DNA from: an uncultured Candidatus Saccharibacteria bacterium
GTDB lineage: Bacteria; Patescibacteriota; Minisyncoccia; Phycocordibacterales; UBA9973
Assembly (NCBI GenBank): GCA_964596395.1
Contig: CAZQSY010000005.1
Span: 1,628-65,627 of the forward strand
Reading direction: 5' to 3'
DNA: 64,000 bases
Shown: positions 26,976 to 37,019 of the stretch, in pieces
How positions within the stretch are numbered: the first letter of the stretch is position 1
How the letters are laid out: each line of letters starts with the position of its first letter
Made by a program: the position numbers and the translations under genes
Notes under the pieces: model-generated
The model's database searches: none
Told to the model about the DNA's origin: nothing
Seen by the model: the letters and a program-made list of their open reading frames with translations, nothing else

Positions 26976-27677
26976 TTATAGATTCTTAAATTCTTCAATC
27001 TTCTCAATTATATCATCCGCCCTGAAAATCGCCGAACCGATGATGAGTTTCGTCGCTCCCGCGTCTATCAGTTTAGGAGCGGTTTCTTCGTTTACGCCGA
27101 TATCAACCGCCGCGGACATATCCGGAAATTTTTCCCTGAAACTTTTAATCTTCTCGTACACTTTTTCATCGAGTTCTATCCCTACCCCTTGATACCCTAT
27201 TTTGTCGTTGCCCATAAATTGTACAAAGTCAATCAGCGGAACAAGCGAAGAAATTTCTTCGTTAGGGGTAGCAGGGCTTAGAGCCAGACCAAAATTAATG
27301 CTGTCTCGAACATAGTTATCAATACTTTCCAAAAAATTTCTGAATTCTTTCTCGTCACCCACTGCTTCCATGTGAAAGACAACCGCTTTTGGTCCAAGTT
27401 TTGCGTAAATGTCAAAATTTTCTACTGCGTCTTTAACCAACAGATCAAGCTCGAAATCAATATCTTCCCAAAAAGGCATACCTTCTTCTTCATTCAGGAT
27501 TTTTTTGAAATGCGGGTCGGCGTCTCTTTCAGAAGCGAAGGGCCAGGTCCTAGAAGGCACGAAAATCCCATCGCAGATATCTATCTGCACAGAGGGAACC
27601 AACCCGCGCACCAGCGCAATTTTGTTTTTCAATTCTTCGTAGTCCCTGACCAGAATGGAAGGAATTATTTCCGCCAT
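26976..27677 (-). CDS. rpe: Ribulose-phosphate 3-epimerase family protein
   Basis: IIPSILVRDYEELKNKI...VQIDICDGIFVP and C-terminal VDIGVN..AGATKLIIGSAIF match the Rpe TIM barrel. Adjacent to rpiB and tkt. Confidence 0.6.
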   Translation of the reverse strand: MAEIIPSILVRDYEELKNKIALVRGLVPSVQIDICDGIFVPSRTWPFASERDADPHFKKILNEEEGMPFWEDIDFELDLLVKDAVENFDIYAKLGPKAVVFHMEAVGDEKEFRNFLESIDNYVRDSINFGLALSPATPNEEISSLVPLIDFVQFMGNDKIGYQGVGIELDEKVYEKIKSFREKFPDMSAAVDIGVNEETAPKLIDAGATKLIIGSAIFRADDIIEKIEEFKNL

Positions 27678-27679
27678 GG

Positions 27680-28156
27680 CTAATCAAATTTTATCGCGTC
27701 AATCTTGGCAAGCCGGCGCACATGCCGCTCGTCACCTGAAAAAGGAGTGTTGAGCCAAAGCTTGACCGCTTCAATCGCGTCTTCTTCGGTGAAATATCTG
27801 GCCCCGAGCGAAAGAATGTTTGAATTGTTGTGCTGTCTGGAGCGAATTATAATATTTGATTCGTCGTCTACGACCGGCACGGCGTTCCCGTAATCAACGA
27901 CAGCCCGCACATACGGAAACCTGTTCGCGGCCATGGCCTCGCCTTCGCCGGTTCCGCCCAGAATTATCCCGCGGAGATTTTCTGGGTCTTTTGACACCTC
28001 TCTGGCCACCGGAATTATAAAGTCGGGATAATCATCTGCCTCATTGTATTCGTACGCGCCCTTGTCCACGACTTCGTGCCCCTCCCCTTTCAAAAAAGAC
28101 ACGATTCTCTCTTTGAGCACATATCCCGCGTGGTCGGTGCCTATGAAAATTTTCAT
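27680..28156 (-). CDS. rpiB: Ribose-5-phosphate isomerase B
   Basis: 158 aa. MKIFIGTDHAGYVLKE...GIILGGTGEGEAMAANRFPYVRAV matches the RpiB/LacAB family. Confidence 0.9.
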   Translation of the reverse strand: MKIFIGTDHAGYVLKERIVSFLKGEGHEVVDKGAYEYNEADDYPDFIIPVAREVSKDPENLRGIILGGTGEGEAMAANRFPYVRAVVDYGNAVPVVDDESNIIIRSRQHNNSNILSLGARYFTEEDAIEAVKLWLNTPFSGDERHVRRLAKIDAIKFD

Positions 28157-28812
28157 ACCGTTATTTTATCATTGCGCAGTTCAGAAAACAAAGCCACCGT
28201 TCTTCCGAAGTCCTTTTCGGCAACGATAAAAATGAATTCAGTCGGCGTCGACACGAGCTCTTCTATGTTGATGCCGGCCCGGGCAGTGACGGAAAGAAGG
28301 GAAAAGAAAGTGTTCGGCATGCCGAACACGCTGGGGAAAAGGGATATGCCGATGGCTGCCAGCCCGCGGTTTTTTATTTTCGGCTTCATTTTGAAGTGTT
28401 TCAAGATTCTGCTTTCCAGATTTGAAGAACAGATGATGTCGGTCTCGGTCGTGCCTATGGTAATCGTGAGAAAATCTTCTCCGGAGACGGAAATATTTTT
28501 GTGGAGCGACTCAAGCTCGAGTATAAACCGGCCGGTTTTTTCGTAAACCAGCTCGGAGAGGGGCAATCTGGTTGAGATATTTTTTATGTCCACGCTGTAT
28601 ATCATCGGCGTCCCCCGCTTGAGCTCCTTCTTGAGTCGCGACAGGGATACCACCAAACTCGCAATCGTGACTTTTTTTCTGGCCAGGGCTTCTACCTTTT
28701 CACGAATGCGATACGCGTAACTCGACATATTCATATAGCCGTTGGTAAGCGCGAAATAGGCCTCGATTTCCCGAAGCATTGTTTCCCGTACGGCCGATTG
28801 TATCTTTATCAC
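28153..28812 (-). CDS. ACT-domain-containing regulatory protein (aspartokinase regulatory-domain-like)
   Basis: GMPNTFFSLLSVTARAGINIEELVSTPTEF resembles an ACT ligand-binding motif. Confidence 0.35.
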   Translation of the reverse strand: MIKIQSAVRETMLREIEAYFALTNGYMNMSSYAYRIREKVEALARKKVTIASLVVSLSRLKKELKRGTPMIYSVDIKNISTRLPLSELVYEKTGRFILELESLHKNISVSGEDFLTITIGTTETDIICSSNLESRILKHFKMKPKIKNRGLAAIGISLFPSVFGMPNTFFSLLSVTARAGINIEELVSTPTEFIFIVAEKDFGRTVALFSELRNDKITV

Positions 28813-28906
28813 ACCAGATATTCTAACATATTTAACAAAAAGTTAAAAAGGAAATATTAATGTTAAAAAACTTAAACAAAGAGAAAAAACCCGTATCATA
28901 TAAAAA

Positions 28907-29827
28907 ATGAAAAAAATAAACGAAGACAGGGGTCTGCTCGATACCATAGGCAACACCCCGCTGGTGAGAGTTCCCTTCGGCGGTCCGGCCGATATTTTCG
29001 CCAAGCTTGAATATCTGAATCCCGGCGGCAGCATCAAAGACCGTCCGGCTCTTTTTATGATTGAGGAAGCCGAGAAAAAGGGCCTGCTCAAACCGGGCGG
29101 GACGATTATCGAGGCCTCTTCGGGGAACCAAGGAATCGCCGTCGCCATGATCGGCGCGGTCAAAGGGTACAAAGTAATCATCGCCGTTTCGGAAAAAGTG
29201 AGCGAAGAAAAAGTGAAAACCCTCAAGGCCTACGGCGCGAAGGTCGTCGTATGCCCCGCCGTACCGCTCGAAAACCCCGAGAACTATCACAACATACCAG
29301 AAAAATTAAGCCGGGAAATTCCAAATTCGTTCGTACCGAACCAATATTACAACCTGTCTAATCCGAAAGCGCATTATTCTACTCTGGGCCCCGAAATCTG
29401 GCGCCAGACCGAAGGCCGCATCACTCACCTCTTTGCGCCGGCCGGCACCGGCGGCACAGTAAGCGGCACGGGAAGATTCCTGAAAGAACAAAACCCGAAA
29501 ATAAAAATTCTGGCGGTGGATGTGGATACGTCTTTCCACTCGACCGGCGGGGAGCCGAAACCCTACCAGATGGAAGGCATCGGCATTGATTTCGAAACCC
29601 CGGTACTCGATGAATCCGTCATAGACGAATTCCTGCCCGTTTCAGACGAGCAGAGCTTCGCGATGCTTAAAATCATGGCCTCGAAATACGGTCTGCTTCT
29701 CGGCGGGTCGGGGGGCGCGGTAGCGCACGCGGCCTGGAATTACCGGGAAAAATTAAAAGAGGGCGACCTAGCGGTGATGATTTTTAGCGACTCCGGCCGA
29801 GCGTATTTGTCAAAGAATTATTTTTAA
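28907..29827 (+). CDS. cysK: Cysteine synthase (O-acetylserine sulfhydrylase), PLP-dependent
   Basis: IGNTPLVRV, LEYLNPGGSIKDRPALFMI (PLP lysine), EASSGNQGIA, GTGGT. Confidence 0.85.
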   Translation: MKKINEDRGLLDTIGNTPLVRVPFGGPADIFAKLEYLNPGGSIKDRPALFMIEEAEKKGLLKPGGTIIEASSGNQGIAVAMIGAVKGYKVIIAVSEKVSEEKVKTLKAYGAKVVVCPAVPLENPENYHNIPEKLSREIPNSFVPNQYYNLSNPKAHYSTLGPEIWRQTEGRITHLFAPAGTGGTVSGTGRFLKEQNPKIKILAVDVDTSFHSTGGEPKPYQMEGIGIDFETPVLDESVIDEFLPVSDEQSFAMLKIMASKYGLLLGGSGGAVAHAAWNYREKLKEGDLAVMIFSDSGRAYLSKNYF

Positions 29828-29830
29828 ATC

Positions 29831-30637
29831 ATGGTTGAATTCTACAAATACCACGGCGCGGGGAACGACTTTGTCATGATTGACAATCGTGACGGGAAAT
29901 TCAACATCCAAGATGCTGAAAAAATAAAATCGCTGTGCCACCGGCGCTTCGGTATCGGTGCCGACGGCGTGATCGCTCTGAGAAATCATCCCAATTATGA
30001 CTTCGAGATGGAATATGCAAACAGCGACGGCAGTATAGGTGCCATGTGCGGGAACGGCGGGCGTTGCGCGGCGCATTTCGCGCACTACGTTTTGAAAATC
30101 ACAAAAGACACGAAGCGCGTGAAGTTTTTAGCGGCCGACGGAGAGCACGAGGCGGAGATTCTGGCAGGCGGCAAAATAAAATTAAAGATGCTCGATATCG
30201 GCGAAATCGGGGAACGCAGCGGCCTACCCTTTCTTCATTGTGGCACGACGCCGCACAGCGTAATGTTTGTGGAGAACTTGGATAAATTTCCTGTCTTTGA
30301 AACAGGGCGAAAAATCAGGTACTCGCACCCCGAAGGCACCAATGTCAACTTCGTCGAAATCGCGGGCAATATCGTGAACGTGCGCACGTACGAGAGGGGT
30401 GTTGAAGACGAAACGCTCGCCTGCGGCACCGGCGCGACGTCGGTAGCCGTGATATGCCACGAGCTCGGCAAAATAAAAGGAAATTCATGCCGCATCAAAA
30501 TGCCGGGCGGCGAACTGACCGTAGAGTTTGAATATTCATCTTCATCCAGGCAAGGCCTAGATAAAGATAAGCGTGAATACAAAAACATCTGGCTCACTGG
30601 CCCAGCCGTGTGCGTGTTTAAGGGAGAAATAAAATAA
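29831..30637 (+). CDS. dapF: Diaminopimelate epimerase
   Basis: FYKYHGAGNDFVMID and the two catalytic Cys motifs CGNGGRCAAHFA and ACGTGATS. Confidence 0.9.
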   Translation: MVEFYKYHGAGNDFVMIDNRDGKFNIQDAEKIKSLCHRRFGIGADGVIALRNHPNYDFEMEYANSDGSIGAMCGNGGRCAAHFAHYVLKITKDTKRVKFLAADGEHEAEILAGGKIKLKMLDIGEIGERSGLPFLHCGTTPHSVMFVENLDKFPVFETGRKIRYSHPEGTNVNFVEIAGNIVNVRTYERGVEDETLACGTGATSVAVICHELGKIKGNSCRIKMPGGELTVEFEYSSSSRQGLDKDKREYKNIWLTGPAVCVFKGEIK

Positions 30638-30640
30638 TTT

Positions 30641-31657
30641 CTAAACTTGTCCTGTTTTAATAACATGCTCAACCAAGGTGTACGTATACCCCATCTCGTT
30701 ATCATACCAGGCGAGGACTTTGACTAGGTCGCCGTCAACCACGCGCGTCATTTCAAGGTCGGCAATCGAAGCGTGCGGTTCGCCTAAAATATCTGAGGAT
30801 ACTAGCGGTTCTTTGGTAACGGCAAAAATATTTTTCCAGCGTGCTTCTTTTGATGCTTTTTCTAAAATTTCATTCACCTCTTCTTTGCTCGTTTTCTTCT
30901 TGGAAAGAAAGGTTACGTCCACGATAGAACCGGCCACTACCGGTACGCGAATCGAAATGCCGTCAAAAAGCCCCTTGAGCCCCGGGAAGGCCTCGGTAAC
31001 GGCAATCGCCGCGCCTGTGGAGGACGGTACGATGTTCTGCGCGGCGGCCCTGCCTTCGCGCAAATCTTTCTTTGAAGGTCCGTCAACCAGCGCCTGGCTG
31101 GCAGTATAGCCGTGTACTGTATTCAATACCGCTTTTTCAATCCCCAACGCTTCGTGCAAAATCGCGATTAGGGGAGAAGCCGCGTTCGTGGTGCAAGACG
31201 CGTTTGAGGTTACATCGCAAGCGCCAAATTTTTCTTCATTCACACCGAGAAGAATCGTTTCCCCTTTCACACTGCTTTCTCCTTTGGCGGGGGCTGAAAT
31301 AACTACCTTCTTCGCGCCTTGCGCTAAATGAAAACTTGCTTTGTCGTAAGAAGCGAAAAGACCAGTTGATTCAACCACGACATCTATATCTAGGTCCTTC
31401 CAAGGAAGCTGGGTCGTGTCTTTTTCTGACAAGAATTTCACCGTCTTGCCGTCAATAACCAAATCAGAGCCCGAAGTTCCGACTTCATGTTTCCATTTTC
31501 TGTAGACAGTGTCGTATTTTAGAAGATAAGATAAACTTTCTAAAGAACCAAGGTCATTTACGGCTACTATTTCTAATTCAGGCCTGTCCCAAGCAACTTT
31601 TAAAAACGCCCGCCCGATGCGGCCGAAACCATTGATGGCAACTCGTAGTTTTTTCAT
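30641..31657 (-). CDS. gap: Glyceraldehyde-3-phosphate dehydrogenase (type I)
   Basis: VAINGFGRIGRAFLKV, SNASCTTNAASPLI (active-site Cys), WYDNEMGYT. Confidence 0.95.
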   Translation of the reverse strand: MKKLRVAINGFGRIGRAFLKVAWDRPELEIVAVNDLGSLESLSYLLKYDTVYRKWKHEVGTSGSDLVIDGKTVKFLSEKDTTQLPWKDLDIDVVVESTGLFASYDKASFHLAQGAKKVVISAPAKGESSVKGETILLGVNEEKFGACDVTSNASCTTNAASPLIAILHEALGIEKAVLNTVHGYTASQALVDGPSKKDLREGRAAAQNIVPSSTGAAIAVTEAFPGLKGLFDGISIRVPVVAGSIVDVTFLSKKKTSKEEVNEILEKASKEARWKNIFAVTKEPLVSSDILGEPHASIADLEMTRVVDGDLVKVLAWYDNEMGYTYTLVEHVIKTGQV

Positions 31658-31697
31658 ATTTTAAATTATATCAAAAGCCCCAAAAAGTGCTATCATA

Positions 31698-34600
31698 TTG
31701 CCAATGGAAACTTCAGAAGTAAGCTTCATTCACCTCCACACTCACAGCCATTATTCCCTGCTGGACGGCCTTTCGAAGCTCAAAGACCTCATATCTCTAG
31801 CTAAAAAAAACAAAATGCCGGCGCTGGCGATTACCGACCACGGCAACATGTACGGAGCCATTGAATTCTATAAACTCGCCAAAAAAGAAGGTATCAAGCC
31901 GATTATCGGCGTTGAAGCGTATATGACGGCCGGTTCGCGTAAAGACCGCACAACCGAGGCCGGAGGAACTAAAAGGTATTACCACCTAACCCTGCTCGCT
32001 AAAAACTTAGAGGGGTACAAGAACCTTATCCGGCTGGTAACCATCTCAAACCTGGAGGGTTATTACTACAAACCCCGAATGGACAAAGAAATCCTTCGCG
32101 AGTACAGCGGGGGCGTCATCGCCCTCTCGGGCTGCATGGGCGGGGAACTTTCGCAGACGGTGCTGAAAGGAGATATGGAAAAAGCAGACAAGCTGGTGCG
32201 GGAATACCAGGATATTTTCGGCAAAGAAAATTATTTTATAGAAATACAGAGCCATCCTTCGGTTGAAGGCGACAAGCACCTGCGAGACGCGTTAATCGAG
32301 CTCGGCAAAAAACACGGCATACCGGTGGTGGCCACGCAGGATTCGCACTATCCCTGCAGCGTTGACCACGAAGCGCATCACACGCTTCTTAAAATCAACA
32401 CGCAAAGCTACGACAGCGAAGCAAAGTTTGAATTTTCGGAAGATGATTTTTCGCTAATCAGCACCGAGAAGGCCGTGGAGGTCTTCAAAGAAATCCCGGA
32501 AGCGGTGACAAACACTATGAAGGTCGCCGATATGTGCAATCTAGAACTCGAACTCGGCAAATGGGTCTTCCCGGATTTAAAGATAGAAGAAGGAAAAACT
32601 TACGACCAAAAACTGCGCGAGCTGGCGTACGAAGGATTCGAGAAAATCGGCGCCGAAAAAACGCCGGAAGTCCTGGAGCGGGTGGAGTACGAACTCCAAA
32701 TAATACAAAAGAAGGGCTACGCGCCGTATTTCCTGGTGGTGAGCGACCTTTTGCGCTATGCCAAAGAGAACAATATCCTCACGGCGATTCGCGGCTCGGT
32801 GGCCGGTTCTGTGGTCACGTATCTTACCGGCATTACCAAAATTAATCCGATTGAATACAAACTCCCGTTTGAAAGATTCTTAAACCCCTTCCGCCCTTCC
32901 CCGCCCGATATCGACATGGATTACGCCGACAACCGCCGCGACGAGATGATTGAATACGTGAAGAAAAAATACGGAGAAGACAAGGTGGCGCAAATAGGAA
33001 CTTTCGGCACGATGATGGCCCGCGGCTCCGTGCGCGATGTGGCCCGCGCCCTGGGCTACGAATACTCGGTCGGCGACAGAATTTCAAAAATGATTCCGCT
33101 CGGTTCGCAAGGCATGCCGATGACCATAGAACACGCCATGGAAATCGTGCCGGAACTCAAAGAAGCGTACGAAAAAGAAAAAGATACGAAAAAAATCATA
33201 GACCTGGCAGAAAAACTCGAAGGGTGTGTGCGGCACATCTCGGTGCACGCGGCCGGCGTAGTTATCGCGCCCAAGCCGCTTTACGAATACGTGCCGACCC
33301 AACTCGACCCGAAGGGGGGAAAAATCATCACTCAATACGACATGTATAGTGTGGAAGATGCCGGGCTTTTGAAATTTGATTTTCTCGGCATTAGAAACCT
33401 CGCCATCCTAGGAGACGCGATTAACCTGGTAAAAAAATTTTACAATATTGATATTGACATTGAACGCATCCCGCTGGACGACAAAAAAACATTCGCGCTT
33501 TTAGCCCGCGGCCAGACCGAAGGACTCTTTCAGCTAAATGGCGCGGGTATGACCAGATTCCTCAAAGAGCTTCGCCCTTCTTCCATCCACGACATCAACG
33601 CGATGGTGGCCCTTTACCGGCCGGGGCCGATGGAATCAATTCCGGAATACATCAAGCGCAAGCACGACCGCAAATTCGTGAAGTACCTCGACCCGCGCAT
33701 GAAAAAATTCCTGGGCGAATCCTACGGGCTTATCGTGTACCAAGACGACCTCTTGTTCTGCGCCATAGAACTGGCCGGCTACAACTGGGAGGAGGCCGAC
33801 AAATTCCGCAAAGCGGTCGGCAAGAAAATTCCCGAAGAAATGGCGGCGCAGTATGAAAAATTTACCAAGGGGATCATCGCCAACGGCCAGACCCCCGAAT
33901 TTGCCGAGAAACTGTGGAAACTTTTTGAGCCATTCCAGGCCTACGGTTTCAACAAAGCGCACGCCGCGAGCTACGGCCGGGTCGCCTACCAAACCGCTTA
34001 CATGAAAGCAAACTTCCCGGTGGAATACATGACCGCCATTCTCACCGCCGAATCGGGCGACGTGGAGAAAGTGGCCGTTATCATCAACGAATGCAAGAAC
34101 ATGAAAATTCCGGTGCTGCCCCCGTCGATAAACGAAAGCTTCGGCGGATTCACGGTTATCGGGCACGAGAACGGGGGCGAAAAACCCACGCCGGAAGCCA
34201 CGGCCAAGGCGGGGAAAATACGATTCGGGCTGCACACGATTAAAAATCTCGGCACCGACATCGCCGACGCGATTATCGCCGAGAGAAAGACGGGAGGAAA
34301 ATTCAAATCAATCGGGGACTTTCTAGACAGAATCAAACACAAAAACTTAAACAAAAAATCCATGGAAGCTCTCATAAAATCCGGCAGTATGGACGAATTC
34401 GGAGAAAGAGGCGCGCTCTTGGGAAACCTCGAAGACATGCTCGCCTACCACCGCGAATCGGCGAACCAAAACAAAAATCAGATTTCCCTTTTCGGCGGAA
34501 TGCCCGAGTCGCAAACAGTCACGTACAAACTTAAAGATTTCCCCGCCGCCAAGCCGCAGGAAAAACTGGCCTGGGAGAAAGAATTATTAGGGCTTTATAT

Positions 34601-34934
34601 TTCGGGCCACCCCCTAGACCGCCTGCGGGAAAAATTGGAAAAAAGAGAAATCAATATACGAAAAATAAAAGAGGAGCTCGGCAACGGCATACCAGTCACC
34701 ATCGCCGGCATCATCGACGACGCGCGGGTAATTATTACAAAGAACCAGAGTGACCGCATGGCCTTCCTCAAAATTAGTGACCTCACCGGCACGATCGAGG
34801 CCGTGGTCTTTCCTTCGATTTTCAAAGAATCCGCCGAGATTCTCGTCCCCGAAAAATGTATCGCGCTCTCGGGCAAGGTCTCCTTGCGCAACGGCGAAAA
34901 AAGCATAATAATAGAGGCACTTAAGGAGGTCTAG
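31698..34934 (+). CDS. dnaE: DNA polymerase III alpha subunit
   Basis: 1078 aa. PHP domain FIHLHTHSHYSLLDGLS, polymerase core GIRNLAILGD..., OB-fold C-terminus. Confidence 0.95.
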   Translation: MPMETSEVSFIHLHTHSHYSLLDGLSKLKDLISLAKKNKMPALAITDHGNMYGAIEFYKLAKKEGIKPIIGVEAYMTAGSRKDRTTEAGGTKRYYHLTLLAKNLEGYKNLIRLVTISNLEGYYYKPRMDKEILREYSGGVIALSGCMGGELSQTVLKGDMEKADKLVREYQDIFGKENYFIEIQSHPSVEGDKHLRDALIELGKKHGIPVVATQDSHYPCSVDHEAHHTLLKINTQSYDSEAKFEFSEDDFSLISTEKAVEVFKEIPEAVTNTMKVADMCNLELELGKWVFPDLKIEEGKTYDQKLRELAYEGFEKIGAEKTPEVLERVEYELQIIQKKGYAPYFLVVSDLLRYAKENNILTAIRGSVAGSVVTYLTGITKINPIEYKLPFERFLNPFRPSPPDIDMDYADNRRDEMIEYVKKKYGEDKVAQIGTFGTMMARGSVRDVARALGYEYSVGDRISKMIPLGSQGMPMTIEHAMEIVPELKEAYEKEKDTKKIIDLAEKLEGCVRHISVHAAGVVIAPKPLYEYVPTQLDPKGGKIITQYDMYSVEDAGLLKFDFLGIRNLAILGDAINLVKKFYNIDIDIERIPLDDKKTFALLARGQTEGLFQLNGAGMTRFLKELRPSSIHDINAMVALYRPGPMESIPEYIKRKHDRKFVKYLDPRMKKFLGESYGLIVYQDDLLFCAIELAGYNWEEADKFRKAVGKKIPEEMAAQYEKFTKGIIANGQTPEFAEKLWKLFEPFQAYGFNKAHAASYGRVAYQTAYMKANFPVEYMTAILTAESGDVEKVAVIINECKNMKIPVLPPSINESFGGFTVIGHENGGEKPTPEATAKAGKIRFGLHTIKNLGTDIADAIIAERKTGGKFKSIGDFLDRIKHKNLNKKSMEALIKSGSMDEFGERGALLGNLEDMLAYHRESANQNKNQISLFGGMPESQTVTYKLKDFPAAKPQEKLAWEKELLGLYISGHPLDRLREKLEKREINIRKIKEELGNGIPVTIAGIIDDARVIITKNQSDRMAFLKISDLTGTIEAVVFPSIFKESAEILVPEKCIALSGKVSLRNGEKSIIIEALKEV

Positions 34935-34966
34935 TTAAATAAACTCATTGCTTTTTCTTTGCCTTC
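34933..34966. repeat. Duplicated pth 3'-end fragment (direct repeat copy 1)
   Basis: agttaaataaactcattgctttttctttgccttc; revcomp encodes ..EGKEKAMSLFN* versus genuine Pth C-terminus ..ESKEKAMSLYN*. Contains a 22-bp run identical to 35737-35758. Confidence 0.6.
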
Positions 34967-35006
34967 ATCTACCCCACAGGCAAGACCTGTGGGTCAGACT
35001 TTTGTC

Positions 35007-35720
35007 CTATTTTATTTTGCCGTAAATATTATTTAACCGAAAAAAAGAATCTTTTATAGCTAAAAGATTGTCTAAAAAAGAACTGGCAGCTACCCTATTT
35101 GTACTTCTGGTATCAGATAAATAAGGATTTGTGCTAAGAGCACTCTCAACATCTAAAATGACTAAATCCCATGTGCCATCAGGATGGACAACTAACTCAA
35201 AAGCATCATCAACTGGTAGTCTTATTTTGCTTTCATTTGCTAATTTCTTATATTTTTTGACTTTTTCCTCTATCTTCCTAAACTCCTCTTTGTCATTAAC
35301 AATCTTTAAAAAATTTTCCTTGTTTTTCATTCCTTCAAAAGCTTTTAAGGTAGTACGAGGAGGTGGAAATAAGAGAATATTTTGAAGTTCATAAGCCAAG
35401 GATTTTCCAAACAATTCACTTCCATCAGCTTTTAAATCTGTCATGAAAACACGCCCATCATCTGTTTCTCTTAAAGTAGGCACGACTGGAAAACCAATTC
35501 CTTTCAATATTTTCCATTTCTCGGAAATTTTCAGACCTCCTACATTGATATTTTCCCTTTCTACCAGCTTTACTTTTTTTACTTTGTTTTTGTGGTGTAT
35601 CTCTGCGTGATGTACATACTTTTTAGCAGTCCCGTACTCTATATTTTTTTTATCCTTGGAAAAAATTTCAACCGGATTCTTTTTTGACCTAAGTACAGAT
35701 CTAAGAGAAAATTTTTCCAT
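35007..35720 (-). CDS. hypothetical protein (inserted between duplicated pth 3' ends; weak atypical-kinase-like features)
   Basis: 237 aa. LVVHPDGTWDLVILDVESA weakly resembles an HxD....N / DxD catalytic and metal-binding pair. Shares ILLFPPPR..KAF..ENF with the 144-aa gene at 23037. Confidence 0.4.
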   Translation of the reverse strand: MEKFSLRSVLRSKKNPVEIFSKDKKNIEYGTAKKYVHHAEIHHKNKVKKVKLVERENINVGGLKISEKWKILKGIGFPVVPTLRETDDGRVFMTDLKADGSELFGKSLAYELQNILLFPPPRTTLKAFEGMKNKENFLKIVNDKEEFRKIEEKVKKYKKLANESKIRLPVDDAFELVVHPDGTWDLVILDVESALSTNPYLSDTRSTNRVAASSFLDNLLAIKDSFFRLNNIYGKIK

Positions 35721-35726
35721 AGAAAA

Positions 35727-36323
35727 TTAGTTATACAAACTCATTGCTTTTTCTTTGCTTTCGGTGAAAATTGTTTCTACCGCTTCGGCCACTTTCTTGG
35801 AAATTTTTTTTATTTCTTCCAGTTCGCTTTTCTTGAAATCGCCCAAGAGGAATTTCAAAACCGCTTCCTCCCCTTTCGGCTTCTTGATTTTACCGGATGG
35901 AGTCGCCGGCGAAATGCCCACGCGAATGCGCACGAATTCTTCGGATTTCAAGGCCTTGATGATAGAGCCGAGGCCATTGTGCCCGCCCGACGAACGGTTA
36001 AAAGAAATTTTCATTTTGCCCAACGGTAAATCAATATCATCGTAAATCACCACAATATCATTCAGTTTCAATTTGTGTTTTTCTTTTACGTATAGTACCG
36101 CTTTGCCGGAATTATTCATGAATGTCGTTGGCTTTAGATATTCGGTTTTCTTGTTCGCTGGAAAATCCTTCCAACAAAACAAAGCTTTAGTGCCAGAACT
36201 TTCTTTCCATTCGGCATTTTTACCCAACATGAAATCAAGCACGATATAACCCGTGTTATGCCTAGTGTTTTTGTATTCTTCGCCCGGATTCCCCAGACCG
36301 ACTAAGAGTTTCATGCCTCTCAT
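35727..36323 (-). CDS. pth: Peptidyl-tRNA hydrolase
   Basis: MKLLVGLGNPGEEYKNTRHNTGYIVLD, GGHNGLGSI. Confidence 0.9.
   Translation of the reverse strand: MRGMKLLVGLGNPGEEYKNTRHNTGYIVLDFMLGKNAEWKESSGTKALFCWKDFPANKKTEYLKPTTFMNNSGKAVLYVKEKHKLKLNDIVVIYDDIDLPLGKMKISFNRSSGGHNGLGSIIKALKSEEFVRIRVGISPATPSGKIKKPKGEEAVLKFLLGDFKKSELEEIKKISKKVAEAVETIFTESKEKAMSLYN
35729..35762. repeat. pth 3' end (direct repeat copy 2, functional copy)
   Basis: agttatacaaactcattgctttttctttgctttc, overlapping the last 11 codons and stop of pth. Confidence 0.6.
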
Positions 36324-36419
36324 AATAGCAAAGATTGCTGAACGGCAGTTTCCGATTTTTAATTAGAAAACAATTATAGCTGTTGTGTCAATACTTTTGT
36401 GTGTTATAATCGGCAAAAT

Positions 36420-36989
36420 ATGGAGGAAGGAAACAAAGAAAAAACGCGGGGACAATCTTTTTGGGAAGCCGCACGTTTCGCCATTCTCGCGCTTTTAGTG
36501 GTTATTCCCATCCGGGCATTCGTGGCCCAGCCGTTCGTGGTTTCCGGCTCTTCTATGTTCCCTACTTTTGAAAACGGGCAGTATCTTATCATAGACGAAA
36601 TATCCTACCGGCTAAACGACCCGCAAAGAAACGATGTGGTGGTTTTCCGCTACCCCGACGATACAAAGAAATTTTTTATCAAGAGAATCATCGGCTTGCC
36701 GGGAGAAATAATCGACATCAAGGGAAAAACCATAACAATAACGAATGATAAAAATCCGGATGGTCTCGAGCTCGTTCAACCTTACGTAAAAAACAACATG
36801 GAAAACAATATGCACTTCGAACTAAAGAAAGACGAATATTTCGTAATGGGCGATAATCGGGCGGCAAGCTCGGATTCAAGATATTGGGGGCCGGTGCAGA
36901 AAGACCTTCTGGTAGGCAGAGCCCTGCTAAGATTACTGCCGGTAAACAAAATAAATTTCATGCCCGGGGAATACAAACAAGCCGAATAA
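36420..36989 (+). CDS. lepB: Signal peptidase I
   Basis: VVSGSSMFPTF (catalytic Ser), KRIIGLPGE, GDNRAASSDSRYWGPV. The ORF track uses a GTG at 36399; the ATG at 36420 is preceded by TGtTATAAT at 36402-36410. Confidence 0.85.
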   Translation: MEEGNKEKTRGQSFWEAARFAILALLVVIPIRAFVAQPFVVSGSSMFPTFENGQYLIIDEISYRLNDPQRNDVVVFRYPDDTKKFFIKRIIGLPGEIIDIKGKTITITNDKNPDGLELVQPYVKNNMENNMHFELKKDEYFVMGDNRAASSDSRYWGPVQKDLLVGRALLRLLPVNKINFMPGEYKQAE

Positions 36990-37019
36990 AAAAATATTAA
37001 AAAAATAATTTCTAACAGG

